DNA of 64,000 nt from Acidimicrobiia bacterium (lineage in GTDB: Bacteria; Actinomycetota; Acidimicrobiia; Spongiisociales; ZC4RG35): positions 105-64,104 of the forward strand of contig JBGTNX010000034.1 in assembly GCA_041742825.1 (NCBI GenBank). The letters are read 5' to 3'. Under the pieces are notes generated by a model, which was given only the letters and a program-made list of their open reading frames with translations, was not told the origin of the DNA and did no database searches. The position numbers and the translations under genes are program-made. The number at the start of each line of letters is the position of its first letter. Position 1 is the stretch's first letter. Positions 9,359-21,289 of this stretch are shown one piece after another.

Positions 9359-11179
9359 ATGTCGGGTACCACTCCAATTCGCAACGTGGCTTTGATCGCG
9401 CACGTAGACCATGGCAAGACGACCCTCGTCGATGCCATGCTCACCGCCGCGGGTGTGTTCTCCGCTCACGAGACGCCCACCGACCGGGTCATGGACTCGA
9501 GCGATCAGGAACGGGAGCGGGGAATCACGATTCTGGCCAAGGCCGCCTCAATCCTCTGGAAGGGCACCAAGATCAACATCGTCGACACTCCCGGACACTC
9601 CGATTTCGGGGGCGAGGTGGAGCGCGCTCTCGCCATGGTCGACGGAGTGTTGCTCCTCGTCGACGCCGCAGAAGGCCCGATGCCACAGACCAGATATGTC
9701 CTCTCTAAAGCCCTGGATAGGGGTCTGCCTGCTGTCGTCGTTATCAACAAGGTTGATCGCCCTGATTCCCGGGCCGACGAGGTTGCCGACGAGATTTATC
9801 AGCTCTTCTTCGATCTCGAGGCCGCCGAACATCACATCGAGTTCCCGATCGTGTCGTCGATCGCCCGAATGGGCCGCTCGATGCTCGGCGTAGGGGTGCC
9901 CCCGGAAGATTCCGACCTGACGGCGGTCCTCGACACCATCGTCGAGACTATCCCCCCACCCCCTGGCAATTCGGACGCCCCGCTCCAGGCGATCGTCACC
10001 AACCTCGACGCCTCCGACTATCTCGGCCGGCTCGCCATCGGGAGGGTGGAGAACGGAACCCTTCATTCGGACCGCCAGGTCGCGGTACTCAAAGAGGACG
10101 GGTCCTCCGTGAAGCGGAAGCCAGCTGCGCTCCTCGGGTTCAGCGACCTCGGCCGAACCGATGTTGCCGAACGGGGGGCAGGCGACCTCTTCGTTATCGC
10201 CGGCTTTCCGGAAATCGAGATCGGGGACACAATCGCCGACCCGGAAAACCCGATCGCATTGACCAGGCTGACAGTCGACGAACCGGTCCTGCGAATGACG
10301 TTCGGTGTCAATACATCTCCGATGGCCGGTCTCTCCGGCAATCTCCTCACCTCCCGCCAGATCAAGTCCCGTCTCGAACGCGAGGTGCTAGGCAACGTTT
10401 CGATCCGGATGGCAGACACTTCGAGTCCCGACGTCATGGAGGTGGCCGGACGAGGCGAACTCCAGCTGGCAGTCTTGATCGAGTCGATGCGTCGGGAGGG
10501 CTTCGAGGTTCAGGTGAGCCGGCCCGAGGTAATCACCCGTGAAATCGACGGGAAGACACACGAACCAAGGGAACTGGCGATTGTCGACGCGCCCGACGAG
10601 TACGTGGGAGCGGTCACCCAGGCTGCTGCGCCGCGCAAGGGGCAGGTGACGGACATGCGCCCCGGCGACCGGGGCCGCACCATCGTCACTTTCTCCGCTC
10701 CAGCACGCGGGCTGATCGGGTTTCGCTCCGAGCTGATGACGACAACTCGCGGAACTGCGCTGGTAAACCAGCAAAGCGACGGCTGGATGCCCTGGGCCGG
10801 CGACCTGCCGGGGAGGATCGGTGGAGCCATGATCTCCGACCGCTCCGGGTCGGCGACCGGATTTGCCCTCGACAACCTGCAAAAGCGCGGCGAGCTATTC
10901 GTCGAGCCGGGCTCACCCGTGTACGAGGGGATGGTCATCGGCGAGAACTCCCGACCCGACGAGATGCTGGCCAACCCCGCCAAAGGAAAGCAGTTGACCA
11001 ACATTCGCGCCTCTGGCTCCGATGACGCAATCAAGTTGAAGCCGGCGCGGAAGATGACCCTGGAGACGTCGATCGAGTGGATCGACGATGACGAGCTCGT
11101 CGAAGTAACCCCCGATGCCGTCCGGATCCGCAAGCGTTTCCTCACTGAACCCGAGCGCCGCAAAGCCGGTAAGAGCTGA
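9359..11179 (+). CDS. typA: Translational GTPase TypA/BipA
   Basis: 606 aa. It has [15 protein letters not shown] and NKVD G-motifs, and full-length BipA architecture. Confidence 0.95.
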   Translation: MSGTTPIRNVALIAHVDHGKTTLVDAMLTAAGVFSAHETPTDRVMDSSDQERERGITILAKAASILWKGTKINIVDTPGHSDFGGEVERALAMVDGVLLLVDAAEGPMPQTRYVLSKALDRGLPAVVVINKVDRPDSRADEVADEIYQLFFDLEAAEHHIEFPIVSSIARMGRSMLGVGVPPEDSDLTAVLDTIVETIPPPPGNSDAPLQAIVTNLDASDYLGRLAIGRVENGTLHSDRQVAVLKEDGSSVKRKPAALLGFSDLGRTDVAERGAGDLFVIAGFPEIEIGDTIADPENPIALTRLTVDEPVLRMTFGVNTSPMAGLSGNLLTSRQIKSRLEREVLGNVSIRMADTSSPDVMEVAGRGELQLAVLIESMRREGFEVQVSRPEVITREIDGKTHEPRELAIVDAPDEYVGAVTQAAAPRKGQVTDMRPGDRGRTIVTFSAPARGLIGFRSELMTTTRGTALVNQQSDGWMPWAGDLPGRIGGAMISDRSGSATGFALDNLQKRGELFVEPGSPVYEGMVIGENSRPDEMLANPAKGKQLTNIRASGSDDAIKLKPARKMTLETSIEWIDDDELVEVTPDAVRIRKRFLTEPERRKAGKS

Positions 11180-11393
11180 CCACCTCGCAATCCTTTCATC
11201 CACACTCCTCCCCCACTCCGAATATCAAGGGACGCATCCGACTTCGGTTCTGGCCTCACCACATCGGTGACGGTTTCGATTCGTCGGCGTCGCGCGACGA
11301 CTGCTGCGTGCTGGTTTGTAGGTCCCCCGGTTGGGGAAGCAACCTTCGGAACACCTCCGGTGCGAGCAAGATCACCTGATACGAAAGGTTGCC

Positions 11394-11861
11394 ATGTCAC
11401 AACAAACTCACGAGCGAAACGGTCGCACTTACGTGCTCCAGGAGACCCGAGTCATCAATCAGCCATTGGATGAGGTCTTCGCATATGCGGCGGACTTCAC
11501 CAACAGCGCGGAGTGGGATCCGGGTGTCGACTCGGCGAAGGCAGTAGAACCGGGCCCGGTCAGGGTCGGGTCTATCTATATCCTCGAAGGCAGTTTCGGG
11601 CCCTCGACCTTGCCAATGCAATATGAAGTTGTCGAATACGAGCCACCGCGGCGGGTCGTGCTCACCGGGCGTGGAGAGAAATTCGATGCTCTCGACTCGA
11701 TGGAGTTCACCAGTTCGAGCGAAGGGTCCACCCAGGTCTCGTACACAGCCGAGATCACCCTCTTCGGACCACTCCGCTTCCTCGGGCCACTGATGAACTG
11801 GCCCCTCGAGCGGATGGGCAAGAAGGCACTCGACGGTCTCGTCGAAACTCTCGAGCGATGA
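11394..11861 (+). CDS. SRPBCC family protein
   Basis: Trimmed to the ATG at 11394. The sequence INQPLDEVFAYAADFTNSAEWDPGV fits the pattern. Its stop overlaps the next gene's start (ATGA). Confidence 0.8.
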   Translation: MSQQTHERNGRTYVLQETRVINQPLDEVFAYAADFTNSAEWDPGVDSAKAVEPGPVRVGSIYILEGSFGPSTLPMQYEVVEYEPPRRVVLTGRGEKFDALDSMEFTSSSEGSTQVSYTAEITLFGPLRFLGPLMNWPLERMGKKALDGLVETLER

Positions 11862-12793
11862 ACAAGCTTTCAATTGCTTCGTTCACCAATGTTGGATACC
11901 GGCTTCACTCGCGCAATTTCGGTCCGGTAGACGAGGATCTCACCGGTAAGACGGTGTTGGTGACCGGTGCAACAGGCGGCATCGGCCTCGAGGTCGCAAC
12001 CACTCTCTCCGCCCTCGGGGCACGGGTTATCGCCGTTGGTCGAGACCGCGACAAGTTGGTTGCCCTCGCTGAGGTGATGGCCAGCGAGCATCGCCCGGTG
12101 GAGGTGGACATGTCGCTGATGGGAGAAGTGCGCCGCCTCGCCAACGATATGGCTGCCTCCGAGGAGATCGACGTCCTCGTCAACAATGTGGGGGTCCTCC
12201 TCCCCGAGTTCAACCAGACCGACGAAGGCCTCGAGCAGAGCTTTGCGACCAACGTTGCTGGCCATTTCATCCTGGCCAATGCAATCCTCCCCGTCATGGC
12301 CGCTGCCGGGTCGGGACGGGTGATAAACGTCAGTTCGGGCGGTATGTACTCAACTCGGATCAAGCCTGGAGAGCTCCAGGCAGGTCCCGACCGCTATAAC
12401 GGCTCTGCCGCATATGCCCAGGCCAAGCGGGCGCAGGTGATCCTCACCGAAATGTGGGCAGAGGCGGTGGCCGACAGCGGCGTCACCGTCAACTCGATGC
12501 ACCCGGGATGGGTGGCTACGTCGGGGGTGGCCTACTCCCTTCCGACCTTCAATAAGGTGATGAAACCACTTCTCCGCAACCCCACCCAGGGTGCGGACAC
12601 CATCGTATGGCTCGCAGCCTCTCGCGACGCCCAGGGTGCAACCGGCCAGTTCTGGTTCGACCGGGCATCGGTGCCAACTCACCTGTCAGATTCCACCACG
12701 GAGACTCCCGCAGAGAGGGCCCAGCTTTGGGATGTTCTCGTCGACGTGACCGGATCTGACCTCGAGCTCGATCAGCCGGCGGCCGATCGGTAA
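11858..12793 (+). CDS. SDR family oxidoreductase (retinol dehydrogenase-like)
   Basis: 311 aa with VTGATGGIG, NNVG, and YAQAKRAQ (Y-x3-K). Confidence 0.9.
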   Translation: MNKLSIASFTNVGYRLHSRNFGPVDEDLTGKTVLVTGATGGIGLEVATTLSALGARVIAVGRDRDKLVALAEVMASEHRPVEVDMSLMGEVRRLANDMAASEEIDVLVNNVGVLLPEFNQTDEGLEQSFATNVAGHFILANAILPVMAAAGSGRVINVSSGGMYSTRIKPGELQAGPDRYNGSAAYAQAKRAQVILTEMWAEAVADSGVTVNSMHPGWVATSGVAYSLPTFNKVMKPLLRNPTQGADTIVWLAASRDAQGATGQFWFDRASVPTHLSDSTTETPAERAQLWDVLVDVTGSDLELDQPAADR

Positions 12794-14112
12794 GCATCGA
12801 TGGCGCGCTGGCGGGCCATCGAATGATCGACGATGGGGTCGGGATAGCTGTCGCCCAATGCAACCCCGTGGACGGCAAGGTCGAGCGGAGCCACCTTCCA
12901 CGGCTCGTGGGTCATCGATGCTGGAAGATCGGCGAGCTCGGGAACCCAGCGCCGGATGTACTCGCCGTCGGGGTCGAACTTGTGAGACTGCATGACGGGA
13001 TTGAATACTCGGAAGTACGGAGCAGCATCTGCACCGGTCCCCGCAACCCATTGCCAGTTGCCGGCGTTCTGAGCCACGTCGGCATCGAGGAGATGGCGGC
13101 GAAAGTGACGCTCCCCAACGGTCCAATCGATCAGAAGATCCTTGACCAGAAACGAGGCCGCCACCATCCGGACCCTGTTGTGCATCCAGCCTTCATCGAG
13201 GAGCTGTCTCATCCCTGCATCTACGAGGGGATAGCCGGTTTGGCCTTGCTTCCACCGCCTCACCGATTCAGCGTCAGTTCGCCAGGGTACGGCAGCGTAC
13301 TTTTCGCGTAGAGGGCTGGAGAGCATTGACGGGTTCTCAGCCAGCAGATGTGCCCAGAAGTCCCGCCAGGCGAGCTGGCGGACAAAAGCCCGCCTTCCGG
13401 AATCACCGCCCTCCACGGAGACCATTATCCGCAGCGGACTGATGAAGCCGTACTTGAGGTCGATCGACAGCCTGCTTGTCTTGTCGAGGTCAGCACGATC
13501 CCTGATTCGGTCATAGTCTTCGACCCGCCCGGCGAAGGTTTCCAATCGCTCGAGTGCTGCATCCTCTCCGTATCTGCCCACCTCCCGATCGGGAACGGGT
13601 GCCCCCGTCCCGGGATTGTCGATTATCGATGCCGCACCGGGTTTGGGGACAATCTGCACCGGACGTGAGCCCCATTTCTCAAAGAAGGGCCTGAAGACCT
13701 GATATGCCCGATCCCCGTCGGTTGAAATCGAACCGGGTGGATGGATATACAGCCCATCGGATTCACGGAGATCGACCAGTTCACTCACCGCATTGTCCCG
13801 TTGAGTCCCGAATGGAGTCACCTCTCGGTTGATGTGAACCTCGCCGGCACCAAGCTCGGAGGCAACTGACGGCACGATATCCACCGGTCGTCCTACCTCG
13901 ACCCGCAGCCGGCCCCCCAGCCGGGCGAGGCTCTGGTCGAGCGATTCCAATCCGGCCGCAAGCACTGAACGTCGCTTCGGGGTGACCACATCGAAGAGAG
14001 ACGGGTCGATGATGAACAGGGCGCAAACGCCTTCAGCAGCAGTCCCTGCCGACCAAGCCGGATTGTCTGCCAGCCTGAGGTCGCGCCGGAACCAAACTAT
14101 TGATGTGCCCAC
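12772..14112 (-). CDS. phr: Deoxyribodipyrimidine photolyase (cryptochrome/photolyase family)
   Basis: 446 aa. It has VWFRRDLRLADNPAW at the N-terminus and the FAD-binding region WMHNRVRMVAASFLVKDL...GNWQWVAGTG. Confidence 0.9.
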   Translation of the reverse strand: MGTSIVWFRRDLRLADNPAWSAGTAAEGVCALFIIDPSLFDVVTPKRRSVLAAGLESLDQSLARLGGRLRVEVGRPVDIVPSVASELGAGEVHINREVTPFGTQRDNAVSELVDLRESDGLYIHPPGSISTDGDRAYQVFRPFFEKWGSRPVQIVPKPGAASIIDNPGTGAPVPDREVGRYGEDAALERLETFAGRVEDYDRIRDRADLDKTSRLSIDLKYGFISPLRIMVSVEGGDSGRRAFVRQLAWRDFWAHLLAENPSMLSSPLREKYAAVPWRTDAESVRRWKQGQTGYPLVDAGMRQLLDEGWMHNRVRMVAASFLVKDLLIDWTVGERHFRRHLLDADVAQNAGNWQWVAGTGADAAPYFRVFNPVMQSHKFDPDGEYIRRWVPELADLPASMTHEPWKVAPLDLAVHGVALGDSYPDPIVDHSMARQRAIDAYRSAAG

Positions 14113-14123
14113 TGGCGCAGGCG

Positions 14124-14846
14124 TCAGGGGTCGACGATTACCGACACGACGTCACCTGCGCTGGAGACCACTCCTCCCGCCACCTCCCTGGTGAGGGCGA
14201 AACCGGCGAAGTCGTCGGTCCAGGTGAAGGTCGCCGGCCCGGGATCACTGCCGAGGACACCGGCTGATATTGCCATTTCGTCCGGTGTCAGCACCCAGAG
14301 TTGGTAGGTCCGGTCATCGCCGAGCGCGTCGAGAGAATCGTTTGGGATCAGGTACCCGAGACCATCCTCGGCAAGAACCACCCGGGCTACAGCCACATCG
14401 CCCACCAGGAATTCGCTGACGACACTTCCAGGGGCCGCAGCGGCAGCTTCGGCGGCGGCAACAACACCTTCGGCAGTGGTCAGGTCGCTGGAGGCAAGGC
14501 GCTGTCCAACCAGGGCTCCCCCGAATACGAGCGCCACTGCCGCGGCGGCGCCGAGCACCCACATCATCGGCCCGGACCGCTTGGCTCGCTCAGCCGTGAA
14601 GTCGTGAACGCTGCCTGACCCGGATGGGCCGGTGGTCGCGATTGCACTCTCGATTCGATCCCAGAGATGTTCCGGCGCAGGCTCGTCCGGCACCATCAGC
14701 GAGGTCACAGCGCGCTGGGAGTCGAGTTCGGCGGCACAAATCTCACATTCCAGGAGATGGGTCTCCATCTCGGCGACCTCATTTGCCTCGAGGGCATCGA
14801 GCGCGTACAGGGGAATGAGTTCTTGAATCCAGGAATGCTCGGTCAT
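14124..14846 (-). CDS. Anti-sigma factor (zf-HC2 N-terminus, RskA-like C-terminal domain)
   Basis: It has an HLLECEICAAEL zinc-finger motif, a central TM helix, and a 4-nt overlap with the upstream sigma gene. Confidence 0.8.
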   Translation of the reverse strand: MTEHSWIQELIPLYALDALEANEVAEMETHLLECEICAAELDSQRAVTSLMVPDEPAPEHLWDRIESAIATTGPSGSGSVHDFTAERAKRSGPMMWVLGAAAAVALVFGGALVGQRLASSDLTTAEGVVAAAEAAAAAPGSVVSEFLVGDVAVARVVLAEDGLGYLIPNDSLDALGDDRTYQLWVLTPDEMAISAGVLGSDPGPATFTWTDDFAGFALTREVAGGVVSSAGDVVSVIVDP

Positions 14847-15460
14847 GACTCCAGCCCCTCGAGATTTATCGCCAGCTTGCGCATGCCATTGCGGATCCGG
14901 CTTTTGACAGTTCCCTCCGGGGCGCCCAACCTATCTGCCACCTCGACATAGGTGAGACCACCGAAGTAGGCCATTGTTATCGCCTTCCGCTCATTTTCGT
15001 CGAGGTCGGTGAGCGCATGGTGCACCAGTTCGGAAGTCGCCCGCGTCAGGATTTCCTCTTCGACACTCGTGTAGTCGGGGTCGGGGGGGACCAGCTCTCG
15101 ACGGGTTCTCGCCTCCTCGGACCTGACAATGTCAACGGCACGGCGGTGGGCGATTGTGAGCAGGTATGTCTTGAGCGAGCCCCGGGTCGAATCGAACCGC
15201 TCCGGAGAGTTCCAGAAAGTGACGAACGTCTCCTGGACCACATCCTCCGCCAGTCCCGGATTGCGCAGAACCTTGAGAGCAACCGAATGCACCGCTCCCC
15301 CGAACCGGTCATAGATTTCCTTGAGGTCAGACTGATCCCGCGTTTCAACCCCTCTCACCAGGTCGGTGTCGGAACGATCGGTCTTCACAGCGGAGAAGGC
15401 AACGACATCAGCCACCGAGGATAGAACGGGCGTTGGCTCTGCGTGAATTTTCGGGCCCAT
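14843..15460 (-). CDS. ECF-type RNA polymerase sigma factor
   Basis: It has sigma-70 region 2 (DVVQETFVTFW) and region 4 (LTYVEVADRLGAPEGTVKSRI). The start is uncertain: ATG 15460 is chosen, but the ORF is open to 15529. Confidence 0.85.
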   Translation of the reverse strand: MGPKIHAEPTPVLSSVADVVAFSAVKTDRSDTDLVRGVETRDQSDLKEIYDRFGGAVHSVALKVLRNPGLAEDVVQETFVTFWNSPERFDSTRGSLKTYLLTIAHRRAVDIVRSEEARTRRELVPPDPDYTSVEEEILTRATSELVHHALTDLDENERKAITMAYFGGLTYVEVADRLGAPEGTVKSRIRNGMRKLAINLEGLES

Positions 15461-15554
15461 GGCGTTAATCTGCCACGTGGGAGCCCACGCTGTAGAGACA
15501 CTTCGGGTCGCTTGGATCATCACAACCACTATTCGTAGCGACTGGCCATCCGGA

Positions 15555-16082
15555 TCAGATTCCTGTCGACCCGTCGATCCGCTCCCGGATCAGGTCGGCA
15601 TGGCCTGCGTGGCGTGCGGTCTCCTCGATCATGTGAAGGAGGATCCAGCGCAGGCTGACTCTGCCGTGGCGGGTCTCCTTCGCTGACATCTGATCCAACG
15701 AGTCTGCACCATTCACCACTTGCAGGCTCATCTCACATGCCGAGGTGTACATCGCGATCAGGTCTGAGATGCGATCCGCGGAGGCGGAGTTGAATTCCCA
15801 ATCCTTGTCCCGATCGAAGGGAGCGCTCGCCCAGGGCTCGGCAAGCTCACCTCCTGTGAACACAGACTGGAACCAGCTCTCCTCGACCAGTGCCAGGTGC
15901 TTGATCAGACCGGAAATGCTCAGAGTCGACGGTTCGACCGGACGGGATACACCCTGTTCGTCGCTGATGCCTTCTGCCTTCCCGACCATCGTGGCCCGTT
16001 GGAAGTCGAGGAAGGACTCGAGCGACTCGAGTTCGCCGGCAACGGGAAGTGTCCTGGCTCTTTCCATGCTGCCATTGCTCAC
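15555..16082 (-). CDS. DinB/DUF664 family protein
   Basis: 175 aa. The pattern WILLHMIEETARHAGHADLIRE fits the family. The GTG start overlaps the upstream stop (GTGA). Confidence 0.85.
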   Translation of the reverse strand: MSNGSMERARTLPVAGELESLESFLDFQRATMVGKAEGISDEQGVSRPVEPSTLSISGLIKHLALVEESWFQSVFTGGELAEPWASAPFDRDKDWEFNSASADRISDLIAMYTSACEMSLQVVNGADSLDQMSAKETRHGRVSLRWILLHMIEETARHAGHADLIRERIDGSTGI

Positions 16083-17467
16083 TCCTCCGACCAGAGGAGG
16101 GTTTCAGGATGGAACTGGCTCCAGGCGAACCAAAACGACTCATGGGCAACAACCTCCCCGTCAGGCCCGATCACCCTCAACCCGCCGCCGTCAGCGATCA
16201 CCTCATAGCCATTGATGGCCACCGCATCGCCCGTTGCCAGGGCAGTTGTCGCAGCAGCGACGGGGAACGCGATTGGTGTGCCGTCTGCCGTTACAACTCC
16301 CACAACCCGGGCGTGGACGTCGAGGCGAGGATCGACAGGGCCTACAGAGAAGATCGGCCCGTCGGCATCACGGTCACCGAGTGGATTCGCCTCATAGAAC
16401 CGGCCCAGCCCCCCGTCGCGGGCGATGACCCGGGTATCCGGGTGTTCGGCGAACCACTCCCCCCAGGTCGAGGTGACCACAGTCACCTGTTCGAGGATCA
16501 CTCCCTCACGGCCGAGCGGTCCGGATAGCGCCGCCCCGGTGAAGGTGTTGAAGACGGACCCTGTCACGAGGTCGTACATCACCTTGTTGGAGCGGGAGAG
16601 GAGCCCGGACGTGCGCAGCACAGCTGTTTCGTAGCCTGAAGGCACCGACTCGGTCAGGTAGGCCTGGGCCGAGCCGCACAACGTGCAGTATGGGATTCCG
16701 AGCCGAGCGCCACCGACGCTGAGGTTGAGCATCTCGTGAACTTCCATCTGGTTCCGGGGCATTGCGAGGCTGTCACCGTTGTGAACCACTCCAAGGACGA
16801 CGTCGCCCTCGGCGAGCCAGGAGACGTCAACACCGGGGATCGTTGGCGGGTCGTCGAGAGCAGGTATACATCCGCGCTCGCACGGGTTGGGGTCTCCCAG
16901 TGGCCGGTCATCGATGAGTACCCCACCCCAGGTCACCAATCTCCAATCGATTGAGACGTTGTCGTCGAAGAACTGCTGCCAGGCAGGCTCGACAATTGTG
17001 TACAGCTCACCTTTCCGCCTTTCGTAACCCTCCCAAGCGGGCAGATCCCAGGCGATCAGGTGGTTGAAGGCGTCGACAAAAGCCGGGCTGCTCGAAGTGT
17101 CCAGGGTCACTCCGGTGAGGTCACGGAACACACGCTCGATGTGTGATCCGGTTCCCCCGCCCTGGTAGAACCGGAGGAGGTCGGCGAGGAACCAGGCGAC
17201 TCTCGGGTCGTTGCCGGAGCGAATCTCATCGAGGGCTTCGCTGTCGAACCTCTCTTGCGCCACCGAGACGATCAGGCCTCCGACCTCATTGTCGATTGCG
17301 GGATCCAGGGGACCATCCGGTACGGCCGGGGGGTCGGGGAAACCGATGCCGGAGTCGTCGGACCCCGTTGGTCCGGCACCCGGGACCGTCGGTTCGGTCG
17401 TTGTCGGGCCCTCGGCCACGGCAGTGCAGGCTCCTAACAACAGGATCAGACCCAAGAACTTCTTCAC
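16079..17467 (-). CDS. DUF3179 domain-containing lipoprotein
   Basis: Trimmed to the GTG at 17467 (VKKFLGLILLLGAC lipobox). The core PYCTLCGSAQAY and ALDDPP motifs are typical of DUF3179. The ORF is open to 17656. Confidence 0.8.
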   Translation of the reverse strand: MKKFLGLILLLGACTAVAEGPTTTEPTVPGAGPTGSDDSGIGFPDPPAVPDGPLDPAIDNEVGGLIVSVAQERFDSEALDEIRSGNDPRVAWFLADLLRFYQGGGTGSHIERVFRDLTGVTLDTSSSPAFVDAFNHLIAWDLPAWEGYERRKGELYTIVEPAWQQFFDDNVSIDWRLVTWGGVLIDDRPLGDPNPCERGCIPALDDPPTIPGVDVSWLAEGDVVLGVVHNGDSLAMPRNQMEVHEMLNLSVGGARLGIPYCTLCGSAQAYLTESVPSGYETAVLRTSGLLSRSNKVMYDLVTGSVFNTFTGAALSGPLGREGVILEQVTVVTSTWGEWFAEHPDTRVIARDGGLGRFYEANPLGDRDADGPIFSVGPVDPRLDVHARVVGVVTADGTPIAFPVAAATTALATGDAVAINGYEVIADGGGLRVIGPDGEVVAHESFWFAWSQFHPETLLWSEE

Positions 17468-17539
17468 CCGGCTCACGCTAGGGGCACGGAGATAAAGACC
17501 CGGTGAAGTGGAAGCCTTCTGGATTTCTTCGGTCGAGAC

Positions 17540-17568
17540 TTGATTGATTCGCGCCCATGGCGTACATT
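17540..17568 (+). promoter_or_regulatory. Candidate sigma-70-type promoter TTGATT-N17-TACATT for the met leader
   Basis: The hexamers and spacing were read directly. The predicted TSS falls at about 17575-17577, at or next to the leader ORF ATG, which implies a leaderless mRNA. Confidence 0.35.
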
Positions 17569-17576
17569 CACCGCCA

Positions 17577-17642
17577 ATGGTTGATCGCAACGTGTCCCGA
17601 ATGATGTGCATGGCTTGTATGACAAGCCGTGCGGGATGCTGA
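17577..17642 (+). CDS. Candidate Met/Cys-rich leader peptide MVDRNVSRMMCMACMTSRAGC
   Basis: 21 codons plus TGA. Codons 9-15 are ATG ATG TGC ATG GCT TGT ATG. The ORF is embedded in alternative RNA structures upstream of metY and has no SD, consistent with leaderless initiation. Confidence 0.5.
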   Translation: MVDRNVSRMMCMACMTSRAGC

Positions 17643-17666
17643 CGAACGAACACCACCAGTAATCAG

Positions 17667-17702
17667 AAGATCCGCACCGGCATCGGTTGCGGATCTTTTT
17701 TG
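17667..17702 (+). terminator. Intrinsic terminator (attenuator) 44 nt upstream of metY
   Basis: AAGATCCGCACCG-GCAT-CGGtTGCGGATCTT forms a 13-bp stem with one bulge, followed by a T-run (6 T in total). It is oriented for the plus strand, and no plus-strand gene lies upstream. Confidence 0.75.
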
Positions 17703-17703
17703 A

Positions 17704-20084
<2,381 letters not shown>

Positions 20085-20129
20085 AGGTCCGTGGTGGTCG
20101 GTCGCCCCACCCACTACGGTGGAGCGCCC

Positions 20130-20636
20130 ATGGTCGAAGAAACTCCCGCGCTCGCCGACCCACGTCTGAACGGGGCCGAATATGAGGTGATGAGGCACGG
20201 GCCGGTCGGATCGTTGCAGGAGGCTGCGGAGGAGCGCGGGGTACCTGAGTCGGCGGTGGTCAAAACGATGTTGATCCGGATTTCGGACGGCGAATACGCT
20301 TTCGTGCTTGTTCCCGGCGACCGGGTCATCGACTGGGCAAAACTCAGAAAGACACTGGGAGTCAACCGCATCTCCCTGCCCGACGAAGGGACTGCCCTCG
20401 CCGTGACCGGCTACCCACGAGGGGCGATCACACCCTTCGGGGCCAGCCGCGACCTCACCGTCATCGCCGACGTCAAGCTGGCCGGCAACACCGTCTCCAT
20501 CGGAGGGGGTGCCCGAGGCGTCTCCCTGACGATGTCGGGTGACGATGTAATCCGACTCCTTGGGGCGAACCTGAGCGATGTTACCAAACCGGGCCGGCCC
20601 CCCAATCCTGCGAAACACGGAACCGGCCGGCAATGA
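20130..20636 (+). CDS. YbaK/EbsC-type aminoacyl-tRNA editing domain protein
   Basis: Trimmed to the ATG at 20130. VVKTMLI...FVLVPGD..IDW.KL and GAITPFG motifs fit the family. Confidence 0.85.
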   Translation: MVEETPALADPRLNGAEYEVMRHGPVGSLQEAAEERGVPESAVVKTMLIRISDGEYAFVLVPGDRVIDWAKLRKTLGVNRISLPDEGTALAVTGYPRGAITPFGASRDLTVIADVKLAGNTVSIGGGARGVSLTMSGDDVIRLLGANLSDVTKPGRPPNPAKHGTGRQ

Positions 20637-20852
20637 ACTTCCCAGGGCTTAGGGCAGGTCGTCGGACCAAATGGCGGCGAGGGAATACAGCCCGACAAGT
20701 GTGAACAGCACACCGGAGAATCCGGCAAAGAGATTCATGACAATTTCCATGCCCACATCATCGCTATCAGGTAGGACAGATTCTACGAGGGTTGACCCCG
20801 GCGCGACCCCGACCTGACCTGACCGACACCCGCACACCACTAAAGTCGGACA

Positions 20853-21224
20853 ATGGAGTTCGCCACCGCCTTGAGCTGCATCGACGGCCGAATCCAACGC
20901 CCCGTCAACGACTTTCTGACCACAGAGTTCAGCGTCACCCATCTCGATACGGTGACCCGCGCCGGGATAATCAAATACCTGACCGCCTCCTACGATCCTG
21001 CGACTACCGCAATCGTTGTCGACCTGGAGGCCTCGATTCGCGCCCACTCCTCAAAACACCTCGCTCTGGTGGCCCATGGGGACTGCGCCGGCAATCCGGT
21101 TGACGACGCGGTTCAGCTCCGCCAGCTCCAAGATGGCGTCGCCCATTTCCGGCGGCGATACCCCGAGCTCGATGTCGTCGGGGTTTGGGTCGATACCGGT
21201 ATGAACGTCGAGTTGCGGCCCTGA
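20853..21224 (+). CDS. Hypothetical protein with beta-carbonic-anhydrase-like CxDxR / HxxC motifs
   Basis: 123 aa. It has SCIDGRIQ (C-x-D-x-R), TRAGI, and VAHGDCAGN (H-x-x-C). Confidence 0.6.
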   Translation: MEFATALSCIDGRIQRPVNDFLTTEFSVTHLDTVTRAGIIKYLTASYDPATTAIVVDLEASIRAHSSKHLALVAHGDCAGNPVDDAVQLRQLQDGVAHFRRRYPELDVVGVWVDTGMNVELRP

Positions 21225-21289
21225 CCAAAGCCTCAGGTAAGGTCAGGGCGCCCGATATCGTGGCCTGGCCCCCCATCATCCATCCTGAA

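Noticed and set aside
20649-20750. 33-aa hydrophobic ORF MEIVMNLFAGFSGVLFTLVGLYSLAAIWSDDLP on the minus strand, in the YbaK / beta-CA-like spacer.
   Set aside because: It has no convincing SD and only moderate third-position GC, and the longer listed ORF (20649-21047) is antisense to a real gene. It may be a genuine small membrane peptide, but the evidence is insufficient.
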